IMG/VR virus record: IMGVR_UViG_3300005340_000040
Location: 3,863-67,862 of that record
DNA from: a virus
Reading direction: 5' to 3' (one strand)
DNA length: 64,000 nucleotides
Positions 53,526 through 62,545 of this stretch are shown here, piece by piece; positions within the stretch are counted from its first letter, which is position 1, and the number at the start of each line of letters is the position of its first letter. The notes under the pieces were generated by a model, which saw only the letters and a list, made by a program, of their open reading frames with translations, had not been told where the DNA came from and ran no database searches. The position numbers were made by a program, and so were the translations under genes.

Positions 53526-53786
53526 ATGGAAGACAACGTCGTCATCACCAAGTGGACAGAGCTGAAGGCGATCGTCGATGCGTACGAGCTCGACATCGTC
53601 AAGAACGCGAAGGGCGTCGCGGCTGCAGGTGTCAGGGCCCGCGCGGGGCTCAGGGCGCTGAAGCAGAAGGCGAGCGAGCTGGTCAAGGTCACCGTCGATC
53701 TCGACAAGGACCTGCGTGCCAAGCGAACCGCTGCGAAGGCCGCGGCCAAGGCTGCGAAGGCGGCACCAGCAGCGTCGAAGCCCTGA
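53526..53786 (+). CDS. Histone H1-like Hc1 family protein
   Basis: D..K..KGVAAAGVRAR..LR.LK and AKAAAKAAK tail. Confidence 0.8.
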   Translation: MEDNVVITKWTELKAIVDAYELDIVKNAKGVAAAGVRARAGLRALKQKASELVKVTVDLDKDLRAKRTAAKAAAKAAKAAPAASKP

Positions 53787-53882
53787 GCAACAATACCGGG
53801 TTCGGTAGGGCATGGTGCCCCGGTGCGAAAACGCCGGGGCACGTTCGTTTCAAGAGCCTACCTACCATGCAGGAGAGAGCTG

Positions 53883-54200
53883 ATGCCATCGTCCAAAGCA
53901 ATCCTCCGTGACATCGCCGAGCACGGCCTCGACCCAAGCGTGCCCCATGCGCGCGTAGCGCTCGACGGAAGGTTGGCGCGTCGAGGCCTGCAGCATGTTG
54001 TGCCAGCGATCGACGAGTCGCTCGTCGAGCCGGCTGAGACACCATCGGTTGACGTCGCCGAGGTGGCGGTCACTGCGGTGGAAGAGCAGCCCAGCGTAGA
54101 GGCTGACGTCCCTGCCCCGACCGATCAGGACGAGCAGAGCGTGCCCGGTGACGTGAAGAAGCAGGCACGCTCGCGTCGAGCGCCGCCCGCTGCTGGCTAG
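53883..54200 (+). CDS. Hypothetical acidic, low-complexity protein
   Basis: AGGAG SD before ATG 53883. Confidence 0.6.
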   Translation: MPSSKAILRDIAEHGLDPSVPHARVALDGRLARRGLQHVVPAIDESLVEPAETPSVDVAEVAVTAVEEQPSVEADVPAPTDQDEQSVPGDVKKQARSRRAPPAAG

Positions 54201-54487
54201 CCAGCAGCGCGGATCTTCTCGAAGATCCCCTTTTCGATCTGGCAGATCCGCATGCGAGTCAGCCCATAGATCTGCCCAATCTCCTGCAACGTGTGCGTCC
54301 GTTCCGCCGCCGCGACGTGCACGCAGTTCATGCCCGCTTCGTACGGGATCCAGTGCGGGCAACGCTCACGCATGCACGCGACGCCGGCTTCCGCGTGGAC
54401 TGTGAAGCACGTCGTGCCGGGCACGACACGTTGATCGTCCATCGCGTTGGCGTCGACGACGGGCAGCTTCTTCCTTAGATCGTGCAT
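54197..54487 (-). CDS. Stand-alone sigma70 region 4 HTH protein with Cys-rich N-terminus
   Basis: TLQEIGQIYGLTRMRICQIE. Confidence 0.85.
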   Translation of the reverse strand: MHDLRKKLPVVDANAMDDQRVVPGTTCFTVHAEAGVACMRERCPHWIPYEAGMNCVHVAAAERTHTLQEIGQIYGLTRMRICQIEKGIFEKIRAAG

Positions 54488-54588
54488 CTAGCGTCCACCA
54501 GTTGAGTATACTCCTACCACGATCTGTTCATCGTGTACAAGATGCACGTGTTCACGACCGTCACGTTGCGCGGGTCGAGGGAGTGCTG

Positions 54589-56004
54589 ATGAACAAGAAG
54601 ACATACGTGCTCGACACGAACGTTCTGCTCAGCGATCCGAGCTCGATCAACGCGTTCCATGAGCACGACGTCATCGTTCCGATGGTGGTCCTGGAGGAGC
54701 TCGACAGGCACAAGGGGCGCCTCGACGAGGTGGGGCAGAACGCCAGGCAGGTGAGCCGTGCGCTGGACGGCATGCGGGGTTCAGGGAGGCTCAGCGATGG
54801 CGTTGACCTGCCGGGAGGCGCAAGCCTTCGGATCGTCTCCATCGGTTCTGACGCTCTGGCGATGCTGCCGAGCGAGCTGCAGACCAGCAAGGTCGACAAC
54901 CTGATCATCGCCTTCATGCTGTGGGCAACCTCCCAGGAGGGGTGCATCAGCAACCCCGTGCTGGTGTCGAAGGACATCAACGTGCGCATCAAGTGCGATA
55001 GCCTGGGCATCGCGTGCGAGGACTACCTCAGGATGCGCGCGGCACCGGACGCGCGCAGCTCCTACCGCGGCGTCGCGGTCATCGACGTTGACGAGGCGTT
55101 GGTCGACGAGTTCTACCGCTCGGGCAGCGTCTGCCTGCCCGATGCCGCGCTGCTCGAGCACGAGCTACACCCGAACCAGATCGTCGTCCTCAAGCACGCT
55201 CCTGTAGCCTCGGGCACGTCGTCGGCGCTGACCAAGTGCATCAAGCCCGGAGCGCCGCTGGTCCCTATCACCCGCATCGACCACGTCTTCGGGCTCGAGC
55301 CGCGCAACAAGGAGCAGCGGTTCTCCCTCGACCTGCTGTTCGACGAACAGATCAAGCTGCTCACGCTCGTGGGTCCGAGCGGCACCGGCAAGACCCTGCT
55401 GGCGCTGGCCGCTGCCCTTGAGCAGCTGCGTGGGTTGGGCGATCCGCAGCGCGCTCGCTACGACAAGCTCATCGTCACGCGCCCCGTCCAGCCCGTCGGC
55501 AAGGACATCGGTTTCCTCCCAGGCAGCCTTGAGGAGAAGATGGAACCGTGGGTGGTGCCCGTGCGCGACAACTTGAACTTCCTGGTGGAGTCGAGACAAC
55601 GTCGTGCCGACGGCAGGCGGACGCGCGAGCAGCGCCGCCGAGGTCAAACCGCAGGTCCCAGCGATGATTCGTACCTCCAGCTGATGCAGGAGCGGGGCCT
55701 CATCGAGATCGAGGCCATCACCTTCATCCGGGGGCGCTCCATCCCGAACGCCTTCATCATCATCGACGAAGCGCAGAACCTCTCGATGCACGAGCTGAAG
55801 ACGATCGTCACCCGTGCGGGCGAAGGCACGAAGATCGTGCTGACCGGCGACGTGGAGCAGATCGACAACGTGCACGTCGACGTGTACACGAACGGGCTGT
55901 CGTTCGCGGTGGAGCGGTTCAAGGACCAGCAGATCGCTGGGCACGTCACCCTCATCAAGGGCGAGCGCAGCGAGCTTGCCACCCTAGCGTCCAGGATCCT
56001 GTGA
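54589..56004 (+). CDS. phoH: PIN-PhoH family protein
   Basis: YVLDTNVLL (PIN), GPSGTGKT, IGFLPG..EEKM.PW, RGRS, IIDEAQN, LTGD.EQID. Confidence 0.95.
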   Translation: MNKKTYVLDTNVLLSDPSSINAFHEHDVIVPMVVLEELDRHKGRLDEVGQNARQVSRALDGMRGSGRLSDGVDLPGGASLRIVSIGSDALAMLPSELQTSKVDNLIIAFMLWATSQEGCISNPVLVSKDINVRIKCDSLGIACEDYLRMRAAPDARSSYRGVAVIDVDEALVDEFYRSGSVCLPDAALLEHELHPNQIVVLKHAPVASGTSSALTKCIKPGAPLVPITRIDHVFGLEPRNKEQRFSLDLLFDEQIKLLTLVGPSGTGKTLLALAAALEQLRGLGDPQRARYDKLIVTRPVQPVGKDIGFLPGSLEEKMEPWVVPVRDNLNFLVESRQRRADGRRTREQRRRGQTAGPSDDSYLQLMQERGLIEIEAITFIRGRSIPNAFIIIDEAQNLSMHELKTIVTRAGEGTKIVLTGDVEQIDNVHVDVYTNGLSFAVERFKDQQIAGHVTLIKGERSELATLASRIL

Positions 56005-56067
56005 CGATCCCACGCTCAACGGCGAACGTGGGCCACGATCCATCCGCTCGGGCTATGTAAGGCTTGC

Positions 56068-59000
56068 ATGCCGACGCCGACACAGCTCCCGATCAAGTAC
56101 TGCAAGGCGCTGCCGGCATCGAGCTCCACGACCACGCCGGCGCAGGCGGCACGGTTCATGGACAAGGCCCTCTACGAGTTCTGGGGCTTCTGCGTCAACG
56201 GTGGGCAGTCGCTCACCGTCCCGGGCGGCTTCGCCGCAACCAACGGCGTGTCGTTCCCGTCCGGCTTCCAGTCGGGCAGCTCGACGCTGCTTGCGACGGG
56301 CTCGGACGGCAGCACCACGTTTGGCACCGACGTCTTCAGGTCCACGACCGTCGACTTCGTGAACGGCTTCAGCGGATCCTTGATCGGGAAGTACCTCGTC
56401 ACCTGGACCCCCGGTGGCTCGTCGACCGACGACAGCGTCTACCTCATCAAGTCGGTCGAGGACCGGTCGCACATCCGCGTCGACGTCAACTCCGGTGGCA
56501 CCCGGCGCCGCGGGAACCATGCGTACTTCACGGATCGTTCGAGCATCATGTTCAGGATCGTGGACATCCTGCAGGCCGCACGCCTCGCAGGTTGGCAGGA
56601 TGGCCATCACCTGATTATGCAGTTCGCCGGCGCGCCGCTCGTCAACCCCGGGCAGCTGGCACCTCAGGTGCGGTTCGTGCACCACACCCAATCGTCCGGC
56701 CCCAACACGGGGCAGGAAGGCGACTTCGGGGTCATCGTTTCGCCCTCTGGATCGTGGAACGGATCCGTGTTCAGCGATGCTACTGCTGAGCAGATGGGGA
56801 CCTGGTTCAACGCTCCCGTCACCGGATTGAGCAACGGGCTCTCCGCGTACACCTTCATCGGCGCGAAGGATTTCATCATCGTCGAGGCCGAGAGCAGGTT
56901 GGGCATCTCGGGGTCGACTCAAGGCGCGTCTACCCTGGGCGCAGGCCTCCACGTTGAGGTGCCGCAGAGGCTGTACCCAGCCGCAACAGATCCGAACCCT
57001 GTCGCTTGGATGGCGTGGTCGGCGTCGTTGCCCAGCCAGGTCGCTTCGACGTACTACAACGGCTTCAACATGGTGGGGTTCGACGGTGCCGTGAGGCAGT
57101 GGACGACCCTCGTTCGCTCCCCGATGGGTACGCAGGTACGCAGTGATTACACGGGCGCAGCCTACGGTACCGGCCAATGGCAACAGTTCGGCGTCCCGTC
57201 GTTCCGGTTCGCGTTCATGGGCTACAACGATTACGATGACGCGAGGGTCACGTCGGACGGCCTGCTCAGCCTGGCGTTGGGTGGGCAGTTCAGCCTAGCA
57301 CGAGCGCGCCTACGCCGAGCACGTTTCACCACCAACGACCTGGTGCGCGGGTCACGCTTGGGCGACCCGCTGAACGACACCAACTCATGGTCGGTGGTGT
57401 CGAACGGTGTGCTGTGGCCATGGGACAACTCGATCCTGCCGTTCGGTGCATGGCAGGCGCTGTCAGCGGGCGCCCTGAGCAGTTCGGCGCTGCCAGCCGT
57501 CCCGATCGCCTCGCTCGACTTCAGCGCCCTGCCCATGGGCGCCTTCACCGGGTCGCTCCCAGGCGGTTCGACGTACGCTTGCCTGTCGGGCACCCAACGT
57601 GGCACCATCGGCACCGACGTCTCCGGCAACGTGGTCGTCACGGCTGCTGCGATCGCTCCCAACGTTCCCCTCATCGGCGACGGCGGCCTGGGCCTGGGCC
57701 GCGGGCTCGTCATCGAGCCCTCGGCGACGTTCAAGCCGATCACCCCGGCGACCGGCATGGTCTGGTTCGACGCAAACGGTTCCCACATCACCTCGTCGGC
57801 GGGCCAGGTGGCCCCCGACGGCACCACCACCGCCGTGCGGTGGGACTGGGGCGTCCCGGCCCCGACGTACACCTCAGGTCTCTCCGACTTCACCACTGGA
57901 ATCGTCCCCGCAACCGGATCGATAAACATCTCGCTCTTCGTCAAGCACCTCAACACGACGAAGATCAACATGTACAACCCGTACAACGTCAACACGCTTC
58001 CCGTGCAGGACCTTGCACCCCAGGTTTGGACGCGCTTCGATATGACTTCGAGCGCGGTGGGCGGCAACTCTGGGCACGGAATCGGCGGCGACACAGGCGT
58101 GTCGCCGCCCCCGCTGCTGAACGCATGGTCGGGTCACCTCATCCAGGGGGTGTCGTACCCTCTCGAGCCGACGGGTGCGACGACGATTGCGTTGACGACC
58201 TCACGTCTCCTGACGACGCCCCTCGCCACAGGAGCGACCAACCTTCGCACCGGCCCGCAGAACATCAACGTTCGCCTGGTGATGAAGGGCGGATCCACCG
58301 AACAATCGGGGCCCGTCTACCTCATCTCATGGGACGCCACGACGTACGTCGTGTTCGACAACGTAACCAAGCTGCTGACGGTGTCGTCCGGCGGGTCGAC
58401 GGTTACGTTCGTCGCGCGTGGGGTCTACTTCAACCGCGACGACATCGAGTTCTGGATCAGGTTCGGCGCCGGCGGTCCCACGCGGGCTGGCTACCACGTC
58501 ATCGGTGGCCCAAAGGTCGACCTTGGCTCCGGAGCGGTGCTGCCGGACGTGGCAGCGTCGAACGCCAAGCTGTGCAGGGCCAACGATGACGGGGGAGTGT
58601 TGGGTTGCTGGCTCAAGCGGATCGACGTCTACGCCCAATCTGACATCCCGCCCTGGATGCTGGGGGCGACCGTCCTGGGCTCGTTCGCTCCTGCCAAGGA
58701 GCAGTGGAACCAGCTGGCGGTGCACGGCAACTCGCGCGTCTCCGCGCAGCCCGAAACGTTCGCTACGATCCAGCAGCAGCTTCCTGGGCACCTGTCCAAC
58801 TGGACGATGATCAACGTTGGTCACTCGAACGCTGTTACGTCCGGAGGTGCGGCTGGGACGAACCTGCAGACGTTCGCCCTGAGCGAGATCGATCCTCTCA
58901 TCAACCACAACGCGTTCCTGCGCGCGCTCCTCTACTTCGAGGCCGTCAATGGCATCCTGATCCTCGGCACCACCGCGGCCCAGGAGTGGGCCAAGATCCA

Positions 59001-59337
59001 GAGCTACTATAGCGATCGAGCCGCTGCGGGCTGGAACGCGTTCATCTTCGTGACGCTGCCCATGGAGGATCCTGCTCGACAGCCCGGTTTCGCTGCTGCG
59101 AACCCGACCCTGCAGGCGTACAACGCGCTTGTCAGGGCCCAATACGCATCGTTTGCCGCGTCGTTGGGCGTGACGAGGACCGCGCTCATCGACGTTGAGC
59201 TCGATTCATTCATCGACATGACCGACCCGGCGAAGAGCTACGACGGCACGCACTGGACGGCGTTGACGTACTCGCACCTCCAGCAGGTCGACAACGCGCC
59301 CATCAACGGCCTGTGGACCCCGGCGCTCGTGAGCTGA
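56068..59337 (+). CDS. Tail/fibre protein, paralog family A, with long C-terminal extension ending in an SGNH-like domain
   Basis: First ~460 aa paralogous to 61268 ORF; C-terminal HGNS, NVG.S, YN.LVR, DGTHWT...Y. Confidence 0.65.
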   Translation: MPTPTQLPIKYCKALPASSSTTTPAQAARFMDKALYEFWGFCVNGGQSLTVPGGFAATNGVSFPSGFQSGSSTLLATGSDGSTTFGTDVFRSTTVDFVNGFSGSLIGKYLVTWTPGGSSTDDSVYLIKSVEDRSHIRVDVNSGGTRRRGNHAYFTDRSSIMFRIVDILQAARLAGWQDGHHLIMQFAGAPLVNPGQLAPQVRFVHHTQSSGPNTGQEGDFGVIVSPSGSWNGSVFSDATAEQMGTWFNAPVTGLSNGLSAYTFIGAKDFIIVEAESRLGISGSTQGASTLGAGLHVEVPQRLYPAATDPNPVAWMAWSASLPSQVASTYYNGFNMVGFDGAVRQWTTLVRSPMGTQVRSDYTGAAYGTGQWQQFGVPSFRFAFMGYNDYDDARVTSDGLLSLALGGQFSLARARLRRARFTTNDLVRGSRLGDPLNDTNSWSVVSNGVLWPWDNSILPFGAWQALSAGALSSSALPAVPIASLDFSALPMGAFTGSLPGGSTYACLSGTQRGTIGTDVSGNVVVTAAAIAPNVPLIGDGGLGLGRGLVIEPSATFKPITPATGMVWFDANGSHITSSAGQVAPDGTTTAVRWDWGVPAPTYTSGLSDFTTGIVPATGSINISLFVKHLNTTKINMYNPYNVNTLPVQDLAPQVWTRFDMTSSAVGGNSGHGIGGDTGVSPPPLLNAWSGHLIQGVSYPLEPTGATTIALTTSRLLTTPLATGATNLRTGPQNINVRLVMKGGSTEQSGPVYLISWDATTYVVFDNVTKLLTVSSGGSTVTFVARGVYFNRDDIEFWIRFGAGGPTRAGYHVIGGPKVDLGSGAVLPDVAASNAKLCRANDDGGVLGCWLKRIDVYAQSDIPPWMLGATVLGSFAPAKEQWNQLAVHGNSRVSAQPETFATIQQQLPGHLSNWTMINVGHSNAVTSGGAAGTNLQTFALSEIDPLINHNAFLRALLYFEAVNGILILGTTAAQEWAKIQSYYSDRAAAGWNAFIFVTLPMEDPARQPGFAAANPTLQAYNALVRAQYASFAASLGVTRTALIDVELDSFIDMTDPAKSYDGTHWTALTYSHLQQVDNAPINGLWTPALVS
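56171..56259 (+). repeat. 89-bp exact direct repeat, copy 1
   Basis: Identical to 61344-61432. Confidence 0.92.
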
Positions 59338-59340
59338 CGC

Positions 59341-60990
59341 ATGCGACACCTGTGCAGGGACTTCCAGACATTATCGCAATCCAGCTGCCCTGGTACCAAC
59401 ATGTACGTGCTTGCGATTTTTCTCGTGCACTGCGGTGGGTTCAGCGTCATCGGTCAGACCAACTTTGACGTAGCGTCGACCGGGTCAATGCTGGCGGTGG
59501 GCGCCGGCGCCACGGGTGCCAGCATCAACGCAGGGTTGGGAACCTACGTCGTCGCGGTGCCGAGCGCTTCGTACCACGTGACGGCGAACGATGTGGGCAG
59601 GATACTCGCGCTGCGATCGTCCATCGCACCGCGGGCCAACTCGGGCCTCTTCAGGGTGACCGCCGCCACGACGGCCTCCAACTCGTTCACCATCGACTAC
59701 CGATCGATCGCTGCCCCTCCCACCGAGCTGTCGATGTCGTGGCGCCTGTTCGAGAACGAGCGATCCGCCAGTCTGGCGTGGCGGTCGGGTTCGAACGGGA
59801 CGACGGGCTACGGTTCGTGGAACGCGTCCCCCGCCGCGACCGCGACCGCCAGCAGGATCGCCCTCCAGAGCCCGCACCGGTCAGCCTGGCAGGCGCGGTT
59901 GTGCCTGGAGTCGGTTGCTGACGTCAGCGGCGCGGTACCGTCGGTGTTTTCGATCGCGCCTGGCTTTGGCGCTGGAAGCGACGGCGATTTCAGGGCCCTG
60001 CCGGCGGGGTCCACGGGCCATGATCAGCAGCTGTTCCTGCACGGCGCGTTGTGGAACAACACCACCTCGTCGTTGTACAGGGGGATGACCGTGGGGTTGA
60101 CGCCGTGCTTGGGCACCAGCGGTTCCCTGTGGTGCACGGGCCAGTGGCGGATCTCGATGATGGTCGACGACGTCAGCGGTAGCTGCAGCATCGTCAACCG
60201 GAACGTCAACCTACCCGTCACCAACACGAGCGGCTCTGGATGGTGCGCCGTGGGACTTACCCACGATGAGGTGGGCACCCCGGTGGGCGATGCAGAGCGC
60301 GATCCGACCATCAACGTTTCCCGGCTCTTCGTGGCCGGGTCGAGCACGGGAGCGTCCAGGATCACGTGGGACAGCCAGTTTCATGTCGACAACAACGTCC
60401 AGGTCGTCGGCTGGAGCCGCTACGGTTACCCGATCCCGGGCGTCCTGAGTTCGTACAGCGACATCTCGAACCCAGGCAACACGCATGTTCGCTACGCGTC
60501 CGGCTCTGCTGATACCCCGTGGGCCAGCGCTACCGAGCTGCTCGACGTGGAGGTGCTGCTCGGCACCGTCGACCAGACGTTGTCGGCTGGTACGTTGACG
60601 ACGTTGTTCCGGATCCAGCCGAGACGGTTGGGAAGGTTGCCCATGCTCGCCCAGGGTCGTGCCAACCATCCCACGTGGAAGGTGACGAGCGACGTCTCGT
60701 CGTCCTGGTACCACACCGAGGACGGCGTGTACCTGGAGTGGGGTGGGCCCATCCCCACGGACGGTACGGGTGGGTCGAACTTTCTCCTCAACACCAGCAG
60801 CCAGGTACTGCAGCAGGGCCTGGTGCAGTACGGTGATTCGTTGGTGGGCAGCGATCCTGTCGTGCCCACCAACCTGGTGCTGATCAAGGACCTCGACGCG
60901 GCACGTCTTCGTAAGACCTACTCCTACCTGCGGCAGCCCAGCGTCGACCTGTTGATTGCCAGGGGCGGTAGCAATCCGGCCAAGCCTTGA
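59341..60990 (+). CDS. Putative virion protein, paralog family B
   Basis: HxCRDF, DVGRILALRS..NSGLFRV, ATEL..V shared with 62546 ORF. Confidence 0.7.
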   Translation: MRHLCRDFQTLSQSSCPGTNMYVLAIFLVHCGGFSVIGQTNFDVASTGSMLAVGAGATGASINAGLGTYVVAVPSASYHVTANDVGRILALRSSIAPRANSGLFRVTAATTASNSFTIDYRSIAAPPTELSMSWRLFENERSASLAWRSGSNGTTGYGSWNASPAATATASRIALQSPHRSAWQARLCLESVADVSGAVPSVFSIAPGFGAGSDGDFRALPAGSTGHDQQLFLHGALWNNTTSSLYRGMTVGLTPCLGTSGSLWCTGQWRISMMVDDVSGSCSIVNRNVNLPVTNTSGSGWCAVGLTHDEVGTPVGDAERDPTINVSRLFVAGSSTGASRITWDSQFHVDNNVQVVGWSRYGYPIPGVLSSYSDISNPGNTHVRYASGSADTPWASATELLDVEVLLGTVDQTLSAGTLTTLFRIQPRRLGRLPMLAQGRANHPTWKVTSDVSSSWYHTEDGVYLEWGGPIPTDGTGGSNFLLNTSSQVLQQGLVQYGDSLVGSDPVVPTNLVLIKDLDAARLRKTYSYLRQPSVDLLIARGGSNPAKP

Positions 60991-61038
60991 TACTTTCAGG
61001 GCATGTGCCGCAGCAGTTCGATCGACCAGGAGCGTAGC

Positions 61039-61248
61039 GTGAAGCTCGTCCGGCTCAACCTCGAGGTGTCTCCGCAGGTTGATGAGGTGCTTGAGGCGCT
61101 TGCCAGCAAAATGCATGGCTCCAAAAGTGACGTGCTCCGCAAGGCGATCGCGCTGATGGAGGTTGCGGTGCGGGCCAAGGAAGAAGGCAAACGATTCGGG
61201 ATCGCCGAGCCCGATCAGCGCCTGACAACGGAGATAGTCGGTCTGTAG
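61039..61248 (+). CDS. Ribbon-helix-helix (CopG-like) DNA-binding protein
   Basis: VRLNLEVS...LE.LA....SKSDVLRKAIAL; AGGAG before GTG 61039. Confidence 0.8.
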   Translation: MKLVRLNLEVSPQVDEVLEALASKMHGSKSDVLRKAIALMEVAVRAKEEGKRFGIAEPDQRLTTEIVGL

Positions 61249-61267
61249 GCGATGATGGGCCCGCTGC

Positions 61268-62545
61268 ATGCTTAGCGCAAAGTTCGTCAGGGCGCATGCC
61301 GTCCCCGGAAGCACGTTCGGCTTCGCATGGATGTTCAAGCTCATCTACGAGTTCTGGGGCTTCTGCGTCAACGGTGGGCAGTCGCTCACCGTCCCGGGCG
61401 GCTTCGCCGCAACCAACGGCGTGTCGTTCCCGCAGGGGTTTCAGAGCTCATCAGGCCTCGTCGCGTCGGGCAGCGATGGCTACACGGTCGGTGGGCAGCC
61501 AACGTTCAGCGCGCTCCACGCAGCGTTCCCCCCTTCGTGCATCGGGAAGCACCTCGTCGCCTGGAAGCCGGGCTCCACGAGCACCGACGACAGCGTCTAC
61601 GAGATAACGCGCTGGATCGACTCATCCAGCGTCAGGGTCAACGTCCTGCAAGGAGGCACGCCCTCGACCGACACGCTGCGACCGACGTTCACGGCGCGCG
61701 ACCGCATCAACTACCGGGTGGTCGACCTGCGCACCGTGTCAGCGTTGACCGGGTACACGACCAACGACAGCATGGTGCTTCAGTTCAACGGTGCGCCCAT
61801 CGTCAACCCAAGCCAGTCGCTGTCGCAAGCACGGCTCAGGAAGCAGACGACGCCCAACTACAGCGTGGGCATCACCCTATCGCCGTCGGGCTCATGGAAC
61901 GGTTCGTCCTTCCAGGACGCGTCCACCGAGCTTCTCGTGACGTCGTCCGCGGTCGCTGGTTGGTACGGTTCGGCCTCCGATAGCCCGGCGTTCATCACCC
62001 TCATCGCCGCGCAGGACTTCATCATCGTCCACTGCAAGGCCCAGCAGCCCCAGGCGTCCGGCTTCCACGTGGAGGTGCCCCAGCGCCTGTACCCATCCAG
62101 CGTGGATCCCAACCCCATCTGCATGATGAACTACGGTTCGTACTCAGCGACCCAGCTCGACTCCGGTTCGCACTACGGCGGCGGCTTCTACATGCACAAC
62201 CCACCCGACGGGTCGACGATGCAGTACTTTGGAGCGGCGCGCCAGCTGTTTGGTGATTCAGCGCCCCCCATCGGGGCGCTGCAGAACGGGAGAACCAATG
62301 GTGCGGTCTTCAACGTCTACACGGGCCGGCACACCATCGTCGATGCGGTCCTGGCCCACACGGGAACCGTCGGGCAGTTCCAGATGGCGCGTGTGAGGCT
62401 ACGTCGGACCCGTTTTGCAGCTTCCTTCCTGCAGCAGTACCTGCGCCTGGGCCAGGCCGGCGAGTGGATCCACGTTGGGAACGGCGTGCTGTGGCCCTGG
62501 GACAATGCCGCGCTACCGTACCCCATGTTCATGGGAGGTAGTTGA
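61268..62545 (+). CDS. Putative virion protein, paralog family A (short)
   Basis: YEFWGFCVNGG, STDDSVY, HVEVPQRLYP..DPNP, NGVLWPWDN. Confidence 0.7.
   Translation: MLSAKFVRAHAVPGSTFGFAWMFKLIYEFWGFCVNGGQSLTVPGGFAATNGVSFPQGFQSSSGLVASGSDGYTVGGQPTFSALHAAFPPSCIGKHLVAWKPGSTSTDDSVYEITRWIDSSSVRVNVLQGGTPSTDTLRPTFTARDRINYRVVDLRTVSALTGYTTNDSMVLQFNGAPIVNPSQSLSQARLRKQTTPNYSVGITLSPSGSWNGSSFQDASTELLVTSSAVAGWYGSASDSPAFITLIAAQDFIIVHCKAQQPQASGFHVEVPQRLYPSSVDPNPICMMNYGSYSATQLDSGSHYGGGFYMHNPPDGSTMQYFGAARQLFGDSAPPIGALQNGRTNGAVFNVYTGRHTIVDAVLAHTGTVGQFQMARVRLRRTRFAASFLQQYLRLGQAGEWIHVGNGVLWPWDNAALPYPMFMGGS
61344..61432 (+). repeat. 89-bp exact direct repeat, copy 2
   Basis: Identical to 56171-56259. Confidence 0.92.

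Noticed and set aside
56171-61432. Diversity-generating retroelement TR/VR pair
   Set aside because: The copies are identical with no adenine-specific mismatches, lie at gene 5' ends, and no reverse transcriptase is in the window.
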